From Leucoraja ocellata (taxonomy: Eukaryota), in assembly GCA_036785375.1 (NCBI GenBank), contig JAWMAR010000148.1:248001-312000 (forward strand): a stretch of 64,000 nt of DNA, written 5' to 3'. The translations under genes and the position numbers were made by a program. The notes below the pieces were generated by a model. It was not told where the DNA came from. It ran no database searches and saw only the letters and a program-made list of their open reading frames with translations. How positions within the stretch are numbered: the first letter of the stretch is position 1; every line of letters begins with the position of its first letter. This document shows, piece by piece, positions 1-13,500 of this stretch.

Positions 1-793
1 CAGTCAAGTTGGTCAGGCTGAGTCCTCCCACAACAAAACCATGTTGATTGTTAATAATCCTTGCATTTTGAAGTCGAGATTAATCTTGTCCCACAGAATT
101 TTTCCCAATAACAATCTTGACATTGGACACTCAGTCCTATAAATATATGGTTTATCACTGCTACCCATCTTGAATAAAGCTACCATGTTTGCTGTCATCC
201 AGTGCTTCCCCTTTGTTCAGCAAAGATTTAACAATCTTTGTCATCCCCTGCAATCTCCTCCCTTGCCTTCCATAACAGCCTTGAATACTTCTTATGAACC
301 CCTGAGGATTTATACCATCTCAACACCTCGTATCTGTTAATGTTAACATGTTCTAGAATTTCACTCAGCCCTTCTCTCCCTGGGCTCACCAACCAGATAA
401 GATGCAGCTAGAATACAAATCAACATCCTGAATTTGAATTATTATTATGTCTATTTGTAATAAGCATACATATGGCAACACTGGTTGGAATTGCGATGTT
501 CAGGTAATTCTGAATTAGCCAAGGCTTTACTGCTGTAAATGACTGAATAATTTAAAACACCAAATTTGTTTTGTAATTATCCCCTGCTCATTAAATTTTA
601 AAGCATTAATAATTCTATCTGAGCTCTGCTATAATTTGTGTTACATCTTATGTTTGCAGTACATGTCAATAATATTGAACGAACAGTATCTGTACCGCCT
701 CCAAGTCGCTATCTGGGTCTGGTGTCAATACTGAAACGTCATGGTAAGGTGAGTCCCATATTCCCCCCAAAAAAACTTGTTATCTGTTTTATT

Positions 794-799
794 TGTGTG

Positions 800-855
<56 letters not shown>
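794..855. repeat. (TG)n followed by (GTCT)n microsatellite
   Basis: Direct inspection. Confidence 0.95.
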
Positions 856-1439
856 CCCGGCCTGTATACCAGCAGGTCATATTGTCATACATTACAACTC
901 AAACGTTGATAAAATACTTTGTTTTCTACTTGGAATTATAATTGTTTCAAATAATGAACGCAATTGCCAGAAAGGCATTGAACCTTGACCAAATGATCAA
1001 TCACGTGGTGGCAGGTATCTCAAATACCTCAAGAAAAACTGTCAACTCAAAATAAATGGTGAAAGGTATTTGACCTGAAACATTAACTGTTACTCTTTCC
1101 ACAGGTACAGTTCGACCTCTGTTGAGTGTTTCAGCCTTCTCTGTTTCGATTTCGGACTTACAGCAGCTGCAGTTTTGTATTAATTTCCAACTAATTCACT
1201 TACTAGAAAATGGTTACACTTTTTAATGTTTTTTTTTAAAACAGTGATTTGTTTAGCAATAATGTCCTTTAATACGATTTTACTATAGTGATTGAGCCAA
1301 CCTCTTTCTCGATATTATTGATTTTGTTTATAATCCGGTGACTACAAATATCCGAACTGTAATTCCTGGGTCTTTGTCCCTCGGTACAGGATTTTACCGA
1401 CATTAGAGGTTTACACTCGATGCAATGAGCTGAGCCAAA

Positions 1440-1790
1440 GGCAAGGCTGTGGAAACGAGGCTGCGCATCGCAGCCTGAACTACTGGGAGCCGGCGCCTGC
1501 AGCTCGGCTCCCTGCACACATCGACCCCGAGTTACCAGCTCGGCTTTGGAGGCGGGTACTCTGCATGTGGTCCTGCTTATTTCTCGCTTCAGGTTGGGGA
1601 TGCGCTTGAGATCCCAGTGCTTGGCTCGCTGTCCCGAACGTTTCGCTGCCAGGTGATGTCACATGCCACGTGGATTTTGTTTTGGCTCCAGCTGCAATCA
1701 ACGACAACAAAAGCGGAGGAAAGAAAGGTATCAGTTTGACCGGGCGAGAAGCCGAGATTGGTACTAGGGACCATGTCGCGGTAAAATACA
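1440..1790. promoter_or_regulatory. Small GC/CpG-rich regulatory island
   Basis: CpG enrichment; TGATGTCA, CACATG and CCACGTGG clustered at about 1653-1673; ATTGG (reverse CCAAT) near 1757. Confidence 0.45.
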
Positions 1791-2329
1791 AATATTTCAC
1801 CTACTATTTCTGAGCATCAATTCCAAAGTTTCACATTGTGTGTGTGTTTCCCCCATACATTGAAAACCAAAATCATTTTAAATGGAAAGGAACACTGGAT
1901 TGACGATAATCTAACTTTAAATATATTTGCTTAGAGAAAAAAAATGAATGAAATAATCAACTTTTAACCTTGCTTTTATTTCCATGTATTTAAATAATGT
2001 GATTAGAACTGCGCGTTGTTCCATTACTTAAACGATGAGAAATCCTTCCAACTTTAGTTGAAGTGACCTTTTTCTGCCGTCCTCTCACTTCTGTTGACTG
2101 ACAGTCCAACAACTCCCACCCTCGATCGGCAGTCTCCAGTACTGTGCAACATTACTGGAAACAGTAGAATTCTGCCAGGAAGGTCCTAGTGCGTAGTGAT
2201 TTACACAAATAATAAATAGACGTGTGTTTCTATTGAAGAGTAAACGTAATGTCAATGATGTTTCTCTGGCCCTAATTTGAAAAGTTCAGACACGGCTAGC
2301 CAGCTTGAAGTTCGCTGCTTGGCATGTTA

Positions 2330-2463
2330 TAAAATTACTTTAACGGAGTATTTGGCAGGAGAATGAGAAGACGACTGAGAGAATAGTTTATCTTCAGTTT
2401 TTGGATGAAAAACACAAACCATACCATTAAGAGTAACTGCCGTAGGGAATTTATTGGACCAAG
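2330..2463 (+). other. Putative 5'UTR exon of the upstream transcript (start uncertain)
   Basis: Consensus donor AAG|gtaagt at 2463/2464, upstream of the 4214 acceptor; TATA-like tataaa near 2328. Confidence 0.35.
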
Positions 2464-2881
2464 GTAAGTGATATTTGTAGGTGTTGGAAATTGGCGGGTT
2501 GACATCTGATAATTAACTATGTACAGTGCGGTGGAAAAAAAAACGAATGTGGTACTTTTGAAGAGCAGAGAGCTTTTCAGATGTAAATCATATTTTGTAA
2601 CTGTGAAATCTGGAGTTATAATCAGATATTAAAAATATCTATTCATTTTTAACCAAAAGCGGGATTGGCTCAATTAGTGAGGTTTGGAAAGAGATTCAAA
2701 GATTCAATTTTAAATGAATTACTGTTTGAAAGGAATTATTTTTTGTGCTGTTAAGTTGTTTCATTTCACTAATTGTGGCTTTTATTCCCTGGAATATTGC
2801 GAATATTCAGATATTCAGATGCACATATTTAGATCTTTGATTTAAGAAAATCAGCTGACCTTAATTAAAAAGAGCAGCCTC

Positions 2882-3270
2882 CATAGAGGCATAGAGTAAT
2901 AGTGTGGAAACAGGTCCTTCGGCCCAACTTGCCCACACCAGCCAACAATGTCCCAGCTACCCTAATCCCACTAGCCTGCGCTTGATCCATACCGCTCCAA
3001 ACCTGTCCTATCCATGTACCCTGTCCAACTGTTTTTTAAACGATGGGATAGTCCCAGCCTCAACTACCTCCTCTGGCAGCTTGTTCCATACACCCACCAC
3101 CCTCTGTGTGAAAAGGTTACCCCTCGGTTCCTATTAAATCTTTTCCCCTTGACCTTGAACTTATGTTCTCTGGTCCTCGATTCCCCTACACTGGGTAAAA
3201 GACTCTGTGCATATACGCAATCTATTCCTCTTGTGATTTTGTATACCTCTATAAGATCTCCCCTCATCCT
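2882..3270 (-). mobile_element. CR1-clade LINE 3' fragment
   Basis: Minus ORF MRGDLIEVYKI...ESRTREHKFKVKGKRF plus CR1-type 3'UTR. Confidence 0.88.
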
Positions 3271-3514
3271 CGACCAACAGCGAATGGAGTTCCAGAGGTC
3301 AGAAATACATATATTTATTCAGGAAGTAATTTGGAAGAAAACATACAAATCTTTCAAGCTAGCCCTTTTTCTTGCTTCCCACTTCTAATTTGATAGTTAC
3401 TCACAATTTCTATGGATGGTAGGTTAAATGTAAATGTTTATCTAATGACTGGGTTATGCAGCAATTCGGGTGGTATCTGTGGAGACAGAAATTTCAGGCC
3501 AAAGGACAAGAACA

Positions 3515-3790
3515 ATGGTGCAGCTGCAAGCGCTGCTGCCTTGCATCACCAGGGACCCGGGTTCAATCCTGACCTTGGGTACTGTCTGTGTGGAGTTTGC
3601 ATGTTCTCCCTGTGACTGTTTCCTCCAGGAGCTCCCATTTCATCCTGCATCCCAAAGGCGTGTGGGTATGTAGGTTAATTGGCCTCTGTAATTTCCCCTG
3701 GTGTGCAGAGTGGATGGGAAAGTTGGATAACATAGAACTAGTGTGAACGAGTAATCAATGGTCGGCATGCTATAACTCTAAACTAAATAA
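3515..3790 (+). mobile_element. tRNA-derived V-SINE (HE1-like)
   Basis: A box TGGTGCAGC, B box GGTTCAATCC, V-domain tgtctgtgtggagtttgcatgttctccctgtg. Confidence 0.85.
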
Positions 3791-4213
3791 TGAACACAAC
3801 CAACTTCAATTTTAAGCAAATACAAGACTTGCAGAAAATGAACAGGAAGAGTGATGAATGGGATGGTAATTTAAGAAGACGTACGTAAACAAAAGGTTTA
3901 GATTCGAGAAATTAAAATAATCTGGTGTCAAGGAAGAGGCTTATGAAGCTTTAAATGTGATAGGCTGATATATTCCATGTATAGATGTTATCCAAAGGCA
4001 GTAATTACTTCTTCCATGTCCTTTCATCCGCCAATACCATCTCCACACCCAGTGGCTCTCCCGCAATCATCCTTAAGACAAGGTTACAGGGTTACAGTGA
4101 TCAAGGACACAAGGAACTACAGATGTTGGTTTACAATGATAATTTGATGATTACTAATTGATTTCACTGTGGTGGGTTACATGTTAATTTTGACTTTTTA
4201 TTGTCATTTTCAG

Positions 4214-4566
4214 ATTCAAAATGCAAACAGATGAAACCCCCAAGTTCCAATCTTCCCTCAAAGACAATTGCGACAACTGCACAGCTAAGAGGTTTTCGCA
4301 AAGTACAATACCTCAGTCCCTTCATTTATGCCCTCATCAAAAGCAGTTGCTGTTTCAAAATGTCTCGCCTGCATTGGAAGCTGCTCCCAGGCTTCTCATG
4401 CCTGAGGATCATACACTAAAGAAAAGGAGGAGAGTGTTTTCTAGCCCAGAGGTAGCAAGAGAATTTGCACTTCCCCTGCTGTATTTTGCCATTTTTGCTG
4501 TAGCTGTACTGGGTTTACTTCACTGGCATGGCATGATACAGCTATTCCAAGGAAAAAGTTGCAAAG
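4214..4566 (+). CDS. Putative first coding exon: cytoplasmic tail plus type II transmembrane anchor (ATG 4221)
   Basis: Acceptor ttttcag|4214; ORF MQTDETPKF...KKRRRVF...LPLLYFAIFAVAVLGLLHW...KSCK; donor AAG|gtaagc in phase 1, matching the phase-1 acceptor of the G8 exon (G|TG GAT TGC = V-D-C). Same layout as the ATG+TM exon of TMEM2. Confidence 0.7.
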
Positions 4567-7500
4567 GTAAGCTAGACAACATTAAAACTACTAAAATAGA
4601 AGGGAATATAGATACGGTATGGAAAGATGGTGAACATAAGTAGTGAGAGGTGCCATGAAACCAAAAGGAAAGAATAAAAGTAAATAGTACACTAGACTCA
4701 GATCTGTGAGAAATTTCAAACTTGACAAAAGATAAAAAGGGTAACAGGTTCATTACACACAGATGGATGGGAAATTACAAATAAAATAGAGCAGCGGCAG
4801 AACATGACAGTAGAAAATTAGAGTACATTTGGCATCCCAGGAAACTAATAAAACAAAATCAAAGACTGGAATCAACTACGTTCAAGTGAGATAGAAGATG
4901 GTACAGGAAAAATAATGGCACGTAATGACTTACAAATCCCCAGTTCTTGAAGAAAAAAAGCTGTAGTATTCCATATTGTCTTGGTTCAGGAATTAGCCCT
5001 TAATAATAATAATAATAATATCTTTTATTGTCATTGCACATCAGTGCAACGAGATTTAGTATGCAGCTTCCAACCAATGTCAAAAAAATTAAATAATGTG
5101 CGACGTGACCATCTGAGGGAGACAGTCCAGGGGGGACGGGGGGCACTCAGCAGGGCCAGATCAGAGCCGCTATAGCTCTGGGAATAAAGCTGTTTCTGAG
5201 TCTGGAGGTTCGGGCGTAGAAGGCCTTGTAACGTCTGCCGGAGGGAAGTAGTTCGAACAGTCCGTTACAAGGGTGTGCTCTTTTGATTGGAAAACAACAA
5301 ACATTTACTTAAAGAAAAATCTGATTTTTTTTAACATAATAGGTTGTGCAGGATGTGTTAAAATATGTAATAATGCATAATAGCTGAAGGGTAAGATGAT
5401 TAGAGGGATCTAGTTCAGGGTAAGTCCAGCTGGACTGATTGGATTTTCTTTTGGGAAGGGGGGATTTAACGTAGAAGATCGTATTGTTTATGGAAACAAT
5501 TTATACACTTGAAGGCTTTCAACAAGGTTCAATATAATAAACTTTGGAATAATAAAAATCCACAGACTGAAGTGAAGCTATTGACCTAGGTGGAAATTTA
5601 GTTAGAAAGTAAAAGGCAGAAATTATCAATAATTGATATGTACACGTATTTTGAAAAATAACCTTTGGTGTCCCTTAAGTATCTGTGCTGGTGTAATAAA
5701 TGTATATCAATGAATTAGATTATGCAATAGAGACCATGTAGGGACAATCTTTTGTATTTCTGCACAATGTTTAATGATGTTCCTTTGAACAATTTGAAAT
5801 GTTTGGATGCATTACGATATAATACAAATGCAAGTTGCTGCTGTTATGAATATTTCTTGTAAATCTGTCCTGCACAATTTCCCAGGATATTGCCACTGCT
5901 CCAAGTTATAATGTCAAATTATATAAACTAGCCTTGTATTTCCTGTACAGTCAAAGATTAATGGGTGATTTGAACCAGATTTGAAGGATTTGGAAAGGAA
6001 TTGTTAAGGGGGACAAAGCAAATCCTTTTCTGCTAGTCGGGAGTTCAAGGATGAAGGAATATTAGTTTTAACTAGAAGGCAGGCCGCTTGGAAAGTAGTT
6101 CTTATTATTGCAAGTAATAGAAGTGTGGAGTATTTGCCCACGAAACATTATCTCTATTAATAATTTTAAATCTGAGGTTTCTAATTCCAGCTCAGGATAT
6201 TGACTGATATAAAATCAAGACAAGTAGATGGAGTTAGGGCACCAAACATACATAATCTTATAAAATGTTGCAGAATGTCTTATCCCATTTAAAAAAAAAA
6301 AAAAAAAAAGTATTTTCCACGTTTTTAGGACGAAATTCCATCTCAGTGGGCTCCAGAAAAAAACATGCATTATCCATCTATAAGATTAAATTGTTTTCTT
6401 CCTGCTATTATATGCAAGACTGCACTATTGATTTAATTTCCATCTACTACAGGTGACAACCTGGCACCAGTTGTCTTAACCTGAAGAGACCTCTAAACTG
6501 GAAAATCACTGACCTCCAGAAAGCCAGAAGCACCTGAATGCCTTCAAGCTGTGGGAATTATTAGGTGCTCTTATTGTGTCTTCCAAATGTTGATAGAGAC
6601 ATGCAAACCCAACTTGTAAAAGCAGTTTGTTTTGTTGCTTTGTATTGGGCACAGGCCAAAGGGCGTACTACAACAGCTGGGAGCACATTATGTGCTCATT
6701 GTAATGTTTTAGTCGCTGTCTCTGTCGGAGAGTTACCCACCCTAATTAATAACAACACATGAAAAGGCAATATTTCAGCAAATAAACGGTTGCATCATTA
6801 TTTATCTTCAAGCTATTTGCACGGGGTTGGTTAGTATATTGATTAGCAGGCTGCTTATGCAGCTGCCTATATGCAAAACTGCTGAAAACTGATGCTAATA
6901 TTCCAAATGCAATAACACAAAACGCTTGATTATAACGCAGAGTACACCAACTTCCTGTTGCCTCTTCAACATGATTTCAAATTCCAGTGGAAACAAAAAC
7001 AGGAATGAATATTAGTAGCAACATGAAATCGGACTACGTTGTACAAAGCAAGAGAGGTGCTTTTTAATTGAGGCAGGTGGTAGATATGTAGGAAGTGAAT
7101 TTGAGCTAAGAACATTGAAGAATTATTTAACATGGCAGGGTATTGCATGGATGTTCCACTGGAGATCTTGACAGAAGAGATGGAACGTAGACATGCCATT
7201 ATATCCTCAAGAGAATTAAGGAGGTCCATGCTTGAAGTTCGTGTGCTCAAGAGTTTGTGTGTGGTGTTGGAAGAAGCTCCTTGTTTTCACGCCCTGTAAG
7301 TGCTCCTGCAGGTCCATTTTCTTACCACGAGCACCATCTGCCTCAGATGCCACAGTGCATACGTCTGATCACTCAGCTCCTAACAATCTGTATTAATCAG
7401 GACTTGAATGTTGGATTTCATCTTCATGCTTAGAGGATAGCAGAAAAATAAAAATGACATACGATGGCACATTAAGCAACCATCGCTTAAGTCGGGCCAA

Positions 7501-10500
7501 GAGGAAAGAGAAAAACTTAAGAGGGAGAGGTTCAACACCGTTCTGTTGCAAAGAGCAACAGGTTCTGTTGGAAAGAGCTCACCTGAAGCAATCTAAGGAA
7601 GATGCACAATGAATGCATAGTAGCAAGCATGCTCGAGATCTCCAAAATGGAGTATGCAACTAGCTATACTGCAGAGTCTAATCTCTGTTGATTTAGACTT
7701 CATTGCAACACAGATAGCAGCCATAAAGGAATAAAGAATAGCAGCAATAGGAATAACAAAGTCATACAAAAGGGAGGCCGTATAGTTCCTCCAAGCCTGT
7801 CCAGCATTCACTTAGATCAAATATTAGTTGCACAAACCAAATTTTGCCACCTCAGCCTTTAGGCCCTCATATCTTAAAATATAGGCCTGTGCATTCTAAT
7901 TCTAAAACTGTAAAGACAAACCCACTACAGGTGCACAACCTTTTATCCGACAGCCTTGGGACCAGACACTTTTCGTAATTTGGAATTTGTCGGTCTTCGG
8001 AATGGAAATTTTTTAGCGTAGATTTTAATGGCTGGCTCGGTGGTAGAGTGCCCGGCTCATATCCGCAAGGTAGCGAGTTTGCGCCTTGATCCCGGCAGTT
8101 CCTCGGTCGCGAGTTTCAGTCTTCAATGGAGTTTTTTCTTGCAGAATAAATGTCTGTATGAAATGCAGTGTGTTGAATGAATTCCTGAATTTGTAAATGT
8201 GACCGCAGCATTGAATCACCTCCCGCACTCATGTCACCCTAGCGGGGCTACATGCCCTAAGGCGGCTTAAGGCGACATTTTCACACTCTTATATCCGTGT
8301 GCAGCAGAGGCGCCAAAAATGTCTGGTTTCTTCCAGGTAGGCGATATACCCTCCCGGGCAATATACCCTCCACTTCTCTTTTATGAAGGTGAATTAGTTC
8401 CCCTTTCTTCCAGGACCGACCCGAGGTTCCGCTGTCACCTCTGCGGGCCACCATCGGTGAACGCTCACTCAACTTTGTCTTGGGATTCCTACTCTCCCGC
8501 GCAATGTACCCTCACCTCTTTTATGAATGGGGATTTAGTTCCCCTTTCGTCGAGGACCGACCGGAGGTTCCGCTGTCACCTCTGCGGGCCGCCCTCGGTG
8601 AACGTCCTGTCTCCCTGTCCCTGGGATTATAGGGGGCGATCAAACAGCACAATACCCCCCTCCCCCCCACCCCCAACTCCAGAGGAATCCGCTCCCCGAT
8701 GGGCCGCTACGGCGACAAGTGGCAGTTCGCCCACAGCCCGAGAACAAGACGCACCTTGCACACCAACAGCAGCTGCCCCTCTGGAGTTGGAGTGGGGCTG
8801 GGCTGGAGTTGCTGATCTGGGATCTCCGTGCTTGCAGTGGGCCTGGGGGTCGGTGTCCCGATGAGAGGGCGCAGCTCGGGCTGTGGGCGAACTGCCACTT
8901 GTCGCCGTAGCGGCCCATCGGGGAGCGGCTTCTGGTGGTCCCGATGTCTCCTGCTAGTTTGCAGTTTTCCTCTGGAGTTGGAACGGGGCTGGGCTGCTGC
9001 TGGCTGTGGGTCTCTGGGTTCTCCGTGCTTGCAGTGGGCCTGGGGGTCGGTGTCCCGTTGGTCCTGAAGTCTCCGGTGACTGGCATTGCCGACGTGAAGA
9101 CAGTGCAAAGCCCCCACGCCGGTGCAATGAGCGGGGAGCTGGAGAGGGGAGGGAAGGGGGTCACACACATGGCCGGGAAGCAGAGGGGTGTAGGTGGGGT
9201 GAAACTGAAGGGAGCGACAATCTGCTGCTGCCTACCCGCTGAGTTAAAAAATTCCCACGCAAGACTCACGATACACTGTGTTTCGTGTCTACCGTTGGAA
9301 CTTTTAAACTCAGCGGGCAGACAGCAGCATATTGTCAATTATTAACCCTCCCGCGCAATATACCCTCACCTTCTCTTTTATGAATGGGGATTTAGTTCCC
9401 CTTTCTTCGAGGACCGACCGGAGGTTCCGCTGTCACCTCTGCGGGCCGCCCTCGGTGAACGTTTTCAAGGACCTTTTTTCAAGGACTGAAAAAATGTCGC
9501 TATTCGGAGGTTTTCGTTATTTGGATCTTCGGATAAAAGGTTGTGCACCTGTATTTGATATTTCTTTCCTGTCCATGTTATTTTTATGATCTTATAAAAT
9601 GAGATCACTATAGTTCTCATAGTTCTTTCACCATAGTTCTTTGGATATGTAAGACGCCTCTAGAACGCTTTCCTCCTGAGGATAGTGGATTGGCCCTTAT
9701 CATATTTGTGTTCTTGATACTTACTAACTTTTCACCATTTTTGAGGTACTCTATTCTACTATTTTAGGTACAAAAACATGTGCCTTGTCAAGATTGCAAT
9801 CCATTTGTTGCCATTTTTCTCGTTTCCTTAATCTATTAATACCAATTAATTGCTTCTACCTAAACCGCCCTTAATGGCGTGTATTGTGGTGGCGTAGGTA
9901 TTTTCCGATGCAACATACCTTTTGTGACATCTGAAAATTTGGAGATGTGGCTTTCCACTCCTTCATCCATGTATCAACAAATTTTGGGAGTAGTTGTGGT
10001 TCCAACGTAGATCCCTGTTGGATCTACTTACATTCTGCCATTTGGACCCCATGTCCTGATGACAGTATGCCATCCTCGTTGTAATACATGTTGATGTAAA
10101 ATATTCATGATTTTTTTTTTTTTAATATGTTTTCAAGGAATCCTGCTTTGCTTCTGACTTTTCCTAATGTTATAAAAAATATTGTTGCTCGTGTTTTTTC
10201 AAGCTTTTACTGTTCTGTGGCCATTTATTGTTCTTGCAATCTATCCTAGTTGACAGGTTCTGGGTGTTGGTTCTTGTATTGAAAGATGCATTTTCTTTTA
10301 ATTTCATGTTAAGCTCTTAGTCATAGACTACAAATTAGTTGCCAACTGAAACGCTTTCCTCCTGAGGAAACTACACTGGCACTTATCCCATTAAATTCCT
10401 TTATGAATACTTCATACTGGTCTTTGTCTTTTTCCCCCCATTACAACTTATTGCAAACCGTCAATGTGTCAGTATTGAAGTGGGCTTGTCTAAGTCTAGA

Positions 10501-13500
10501 ATACTTCATGGCTGTTTTTTTCTATTTTTATTTTAATTACTATATTGATCTTGAATATACAACTACTTTTAAATAAATATCCATGCACTTTCAGGCTGTT
10601 AATGAAATCTGATACATAGCTCATTACTAATATATCCAGCTATGTTGTCAGCTGTATGAATGTTTTTGTTGCTGACCACTATCATGATAATCCTTGAGAA
10701 ATTTACTTCCTTCCTGATAGGGTTTAACTGCATCTGTATGGAAGTTGAAATCTTACTGCTAATGAATTACTCCACCCTTGTTACACATTTATCTAATCTT
10801 AGAATTTGAGTTTTACATCTTCAAATGCTACCAAAACAATAAACAGTTCCCATCAGCATTTAAAATGATTTTCTATTTCATAATTCTACTTGTAAGGCTT
10901 CCAGTGCCAACTTACCACGGTAACTAGCTTTCCAATGAATTAGTAATTTTAGCATTGACCTCACAATCTCCTCCTCTGGGAATTAGATTTTATTTTGTGC
11001 GTCCACCTCTCAAAATCCTGCACCATTTTTCTTTCAGGCTTTCTAAAAAGGAAACCTGCAAATACTTGCATGTTCTCAATGTCTCAACTCACACTGAACT
11101 GCATGTAGGACTCCGTCATTGACAAATGAGTCAAAATGAGCCTCATCTCCATTGACAAGCATGCATGTATAATTGTCGGCACATTTTTGTGTAATGCTCA
11201 GAAAACACTAATTCAAGGCCAATTGAAGTTCTTGTATTCAAATCTCATTTCAATATATGTTTATAAATAATTTATGTTTAATGGTTATTAATTTTCACTT
11301 CACAGTTGCTGCCTCACAGTCGATTTCTCAAATCTTTACCCTTGCTCCAAATCATAGACTGTATATTGACAAGTACACTTTGTGAAACATTTTCTCAATG
11401 CACTGACCTGCCTCTCTCTCTCTCCAAGTCTACCACCATCAACATCCTAGGGGGTCACCATTGATTAGAAAATCTGCTGGGCCAGACACCCAAGTACTGT
11501 GGCTGCAAGAAAAGGCCAAATGCTGGGTTGATCTTGGCACCCTAATGCTTTCCACCATCTTATTCTTTCCACCATAAACAAAGCGCGTCTGAAGCAGAAT
11601 AAAAAGCTCTCCAATTGCCCGGATGAGTGAAATTCTAGCGATACTTGAGATGCTGTCCAGGACAAAGCAGGCCACTTGACTGGTGCTTATCAACCAACCT
11701 AACTATTTATTCTCTCCACCACTTCCAAACATTTGTGTAGTGTTGTGGCCCTCGAATGCATTGCAGGTGCGTGCCTGGATTACCTCAACAGAGCCTTCCA
11801 AACCTATGAACTCTACCATCAAGAAGGACAAAGCCAATAGCCACGTCACACACAATCCACTCAGTATTACTCTTTCCTGCCTCGTACTACTTCAAGAATG
11901 AAAAGTAGTGCAGCTTCAAATTTCTACAAATGCGTTGTAAGATTGTCTACCTAAGATAATCCTAACAATTAAGATACATTCTGGGGCGACTGCCTCTTGG
12001 TGTTTAAACACAAACTACATCTTAACTTGTTCCTGTATCCTCAATGTAATTTTTTTTTAATTCTGATTTTGGGGACTGGGCACCTGTTGGCAAAGCCATC
12101 ATTTATTGTCCTTCCTTGATTGCTCATTGAGGTGGTGATGAACCACCATCAACTTAGTGGTTTGCTGGGCTGTTTCAAGTGGCATTTAAGAGTCAACCAC
12201 AAGCAGTGATTGAAGTCATATATTGCCCAGATCAGCTAATCCTGGCACATTTCATCTCCTGAAGGACGTTTATGAAACTATGTGTTGTTATGACGTCAAT
12301 AATTCTTATCAATCATGAGGTGAAGGGGGGGGAGGGGGTTTGGACGGGATTTGGAGAGACAGGATCTATCTGCATTTGGAACAGCAAGGACTAATTAGGG
12401 ATAGTCAACATGGCTTTACGCATCGGAACTTGCGTTTCATGAATTTGATTGAGGGAGGTTAGTAAGAACATTGACAAGGGTGGAGTTGTAGATGTTGACT
12501 ACATGGACATTAGCTGTTTTTTTACAATGCCCTGTATGGTAGGCCAGACTGGAAGGTGAGAACACATGGGATCCAGGAATGAGTCGGTGTATTGCATACA
12601 AAATTAGCTTGGTGGAAGGAGTCAGATGGTGACAGTGGTGGATTGTTTTTCAGATTGGAAAGGCTTGTGACCAATGGTGTGCCACAGGATCTACAGTAAT
12701 GTAATGTACTAAGATTATAACGGATCTAGATCAACTGGGAAAGTGTGTAAAGGAATGGCAGATGGAAATTAACTCAAATGAGTGTGAATTAATGCTTTTT
12801 GGTAAGTTAAAGCAAAACAGGAGTATAAAACAGGGCCTTGGGGAGAGTCGTAAAACAGAGAGACCTGGATGCACGGATACATAGTTGCCTGAAAGTGAGA
12901 ACAAGATAGATAAGGTGGTGAAAAGGGCAATAATGCCTTTAAATCTGTTTAATGGTTTACAAAGAAGCAAAATTCTGCTGTGTGATCTACCAACACATTA
13001 ATTCTTAAATTCTCATATTGCTTTGTTACAAAAAAGGGGGAAATGTGATTCAAAAGTGAGACAAAAGGCTTCTATTTTTATAACATCTTCACCACCTGGG
13101 ATGTCCTAAATGACTTGTATCTAACAAGATACTTTTTGAAGGTCTGTTATAATTTTGATGAAGGAACGCAATGGCCCCTGTAACTCTACACCGGCACGAT
13201 GGACACCTGATCTCCTTAAGGCAACCAAGGATGGTCAAATATATTATCTTGTCAAAAATGTAAAATGCTAATAACAAATTAAGTTATCTTGTCTGAACAC
13301 TTCATAATGGGCAAAAGCAGTGGTGAGGGTGGGAGTACCCAATCTCACACCCCTTCTGGGACTGGCCTGTGGTGGAGAAAAAATCTTCCTTAAATCTCTC
13401 TAAAGTTCCCAACATTTACTTCAGGTAATGTATAAGTCTGCCAAGGGTAAACGTTTCTTACTAATCTAATCTATGCTCCTCAGCTTTGTTTCTCAATCAG

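Noticed and set aside
8029-8100. Functional tRNA-Met gene
   Set aside because: T-arm and acceptor stem do not form properly; kept only as a tRNA-like relic.
8319-9589. Overlapping ORFs with a repeated RFRCHLCGPP motif, and a CRISPR-like look of the repeats
   Set aside because: They lie inside a GC-rich TIR element; repeats are about 110 bp and irregularly spaced; no DDE motif or cas genes; eukaryotic context.
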